From Mobula hypostoma (lineage: Eukaryota): a stretch of 64,000 nt of DNA. A program made the position numbers and the translations under genes. The notes beneath the pieces are model-generated. The model had not been told where the DNA came from. It ran no database searches and was given only the letters and a program-made list of their open reading frames with translations. Each line of letters begins with the position of its first letter. Within the stretch, counting starts at the first letter, position 1. The stretch lies in contig NC_086097.1 in NCBI RefSeq assembly GCF_963921235.1, positions 255,194,001 through 255,258,000 on the forward strand, given 5' to 3'. Positions 61,113 to 64,000 of this stretch are shown here, one piece after another.

Positions 61113-62579
61113 TACAGGTGAGGTGCCGGAGGATTGGAGAGTGGCTCATGTTGTTCCGTTGTTTAAAAAAGGATCGAAAAGTAATCCGGGAAATTATAGG
61201 CCGGTAAATTTAACGTCGGTAGTAGGTAAGTTATTGGAGAGAGTACTAAGAGACAGAATCTACAAGCATTTGGATAGACAGGGGCTTATTAGGGAGAGTC
61301 AACATGGCTTTGTGCGTGGCAGGTCATGTTTGATCAATCTATTGGAGTTTTTCGAGGAGGTTACCAGGAAAGTGGATGAAGGGAAGGCAGTGGATATTGT
61401 CTACATGGACTTCAGTAAGGCCTTTGACAAGGTCCCGCATGGGAGGTTAGATAGGAAAATTCAGTTGCTAGGTATACATGGAGAGGTGGTAAATTGGATT
61501 AGACATTGGCTCAATGGAAGAAGCCAAAGAGTGGTAGTAGAGAGTTGCTTCTCCGAGTGGAGGCCTGTGACTAGTGGTGTGCCACAGGGATCAGTGCTGG
61601 GTCCATTGTTATTTGTCATCTATATCAATGATCTGGATGATAATGTGGTAAATTGGATCAGCAAATTTGCTGATGATACAAAGATTGGAGGTGTAGTAGA
61701 CAGTGAGGAAGGTTTTCAGAGCCTGCAGAGGGATTTGGACCAGCTGGAAAAATGGGCTGAAAAATGGCAGATGGAGTTTAATACAAACAAGTGTGAGGTA
61801 TTGCATGTTGGAAGGACAAACCAAGGTAGAACATACAGGGTTAATGGTAAGGCACTGAGGAGTGCAGTGGAACAGAGGGATCTGGGAATACAGATACAAA
61901 ATTCCCTAAAAGTGTCGTCACAGGTAGATAGGGTCATAAAGAGATCTTTTGTTACATTGGCCTTTATTAATCAAAGTATTGAGTATAAGAGCTGGAATGT
62001 TATGATGAGGTTGTATAAGGCATTGGTGAGGCCGAATCTGGAGTATTGTGTTCAGTTTTGGTCACCAAATTACAGGAAGGATATAAATAAGGTTGAAAGA
62101 GTGCAAAGAAGGTTTACAAGGTGTTGCCGGGACTTTAAACTCAGTTACAGAGAAAGGTTGAATAGGTTAGGACTTTATTCCCTGGAGCGTAGAAGAATGA
62201 GGGGAGATTTGGTAGAGGTATATAAAATTATGATGGGTATAGATAGAGTGAATGCAAGCAGGCTTTTTCCACTGAGGCGGGGGAGAAAAAAACTAGCGGA
62301 CATAGGTTAAGGGTGAGGGGGGGAAAAGTTTAAAGGGAACTTTAGTCGGGGCTTCTTTACACAGAGAGTGGTTGGAGTATGGAATGAGCTGCCAGACGAG
62401 GTGGTAAATGCGGGTTCTTTTTTAACATTTAAGAATAAGTTGGACAGATACACGGATGGGAGGTGTATGGAGGGATATGGTCTGTGTGCAGGTCAGTGGG
62501 ACTAGGCAGAAAATGGTTCGTCACAGCCAAAAAGGGCCAAAAGGCCTGTTTCTGTGCTGTAGTTTTTCTATGGTTTCTA
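61113..62579 (+). mobile_element. Young CR1 (family C) RT
   Basis: 395-aa ORF with complete RT motifs and a (ttctatgg) tail; inverted relative to 44672-46140. Confidence 0.95.
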
Positions 62580-63327
62580 TTCTCTAAATAGGGAGAAAAT
62601 TCAAATGTCAGAGGTGCAAAGGGACCCTGGAGTCCTCGTGCAAGACTCCCAGAAGGTTGACTTGCAGACTGAGTCTGTGGTAAAGGTGGCAAATACAATG
62701 TTAGCATTTATTTCAAGGGATCAAAGCAAGGAAGTATTGCTGAGCCTTTGTAAGACACAGGTCAGGCTGCACTTGAAGTATTGTCAACAGTTTTGGGCTC
62801 CTTATCTCAAAGGATGTGTTGTCATTGCAGAGAGTCCAGACGAGGTTCACGAGATTGATTCCAGGAATCAAGGGGTTAACAAGTGAGGAGTGTTTAGCTG
62901 CTTTGAGCCTGTACTCACTGGAACATAGAAAAATGCTGGGGGATCTCATTGAAATCTACCGAATGTTGAAAGGACTAGATAAGGTGGATGTGGAGAGGTT
63001 GTTTCCTATGGTGGGGGCATCCAAGTCTAGAGGGAACAGCCTCGAAATTGAAGGATGACCTTTTAGGACAGAAGTAAGGATTTTTTTTTGCCAGAGAGTA
63101 GTGAACCTGTGGAATGCTCTGCCACAGACTGCAGTGGAGGGCAAGTCCGTGAGTATATTTAAAACAGCAGTTGATAGTTTCCTGGTTAATCAGGGCATCA
63201 AAGAATATGGCAAGAAGGCAGGAGTATGGGTTGAGTGGGATCCAGGATCAGCCATGATGGAACAGCGGAGAAGACTTGATGAGCTGATATGGCCTAATTC
63301 TGCTCCTATGTCTTATGGTCTAAGGGT

Positions 63328-64000
63328 GTGAGGCAGAAGAAAGGAAACTATAGACCAGTTAGTCTGACTTCAGTGGTCGGGAAGATGTTGGACTTGATTA
63401 TAAAGGATGAGGTCTCGGGGTACCTGGAGGCATGTGATAAAAGAGGCCGAAGTCAGCATCGTTTCCTCGAGGGAAAATTTTGCCTGCCATATCTGTTGGA
63501 ATTCTTTGAAGAAACACCAAGCAGGATAGACGAAGGAGAATTGCCTGATATTGTGAACTTGGATTTTCAGAACGCCTTTGACAAAGTGCCACACATGAGG
63601 CTGCTTAACAAGCTATGAGCCCATGGTAATACAGGAAAGATTCTAGCATGGATAAAACAGTGGCTGATTGGCAGAAGGGATAGAATGTGAGTAAAGGGAA
63701 CCTTTTCTGGTTTGCTGCTGGTGACTAGTGGTATTCCATGGGGGACTGTGCTGGGACTGACTCTTTTTATGTTATATGTCAATGATTTGGATGATGGCTT
63801 TGTTGCAAAGTTTGCAGACGATATGAAGACAGGTGGAAGGACAGGTAGTTTTGAGGATGTAGGGAGGTTAGGAGACGGATTAGGAAAATGGGCAAAGAAA
63901 TAGCAGATGGAATACAGTTTCAGGAAGTGTGTGGTCATACACTTCTGTGGAAGAAATAAAGGGGTTGACTATTTTCTAAATTGAGAGAAAATGCAAAAAG
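63328..64000 (+). mobile_element. Old CR1 RT fragment running off the window edge
   Basis: [25 protein letters not shown] and AKFADD. Confidence 0.88.

Noticed and set aside
35200..64000. CSPG5 EGF/transmembrane exon
   Set aside because: No matching minus-strand frame was found in the non-repeat patches (35200-35750, 40300-41250, 52750-52900, 59710-59770). It presumably lies beyond the window.

Overview
This is vertebrate genomic DNA. The repeat families point to a cartilaginous fish, probably a ray; that is inferred from repeat character and was not checked by a search. The window is overwhelmingly transposon-derived: several nested CR1 LINE families, Penelope-like elements (PLEs) carrying minimal hammerhead ribozymes, Rex1/Babar LINE fragments, a deleted chromodomain-bearing Ty3/Gypsy element, two solo LTRs, a Tigger-like MITE and tRNA-derived SINEs. 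The last two coding exons of a minus-strand host gene, CSPG5 (neuroglycan C/CALEB), are hidden among them and are absent from the ORF track. The penultimate exon is 35082-35157 (KYRPQLEQHNDNFSLSTIAEGSQAN) and the terminal exon is 10382-10531 (DDVNGQNKIHE...SAQNNVM*), separated by a ~24.5 kb intron. Main findings: (1) the alternative-donor extension of the penultimate exon is recognisably conserved but has an in-frame TGA 45 nt before the distal donor, flanked by RBFOX and NOVA motifs; (2) a perfect 99-bp-arm PLE fold-back with two opposed hammerheads sits inside the intron; (3) two PLE insertions share an inverted architecture with 15-bp target duplications; (4) the terminal exon is unusually CpG-dense. 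Boundaries of old repeats are approximate, and the homology calls come from motif recognition and recalled sequences rather than database searches.
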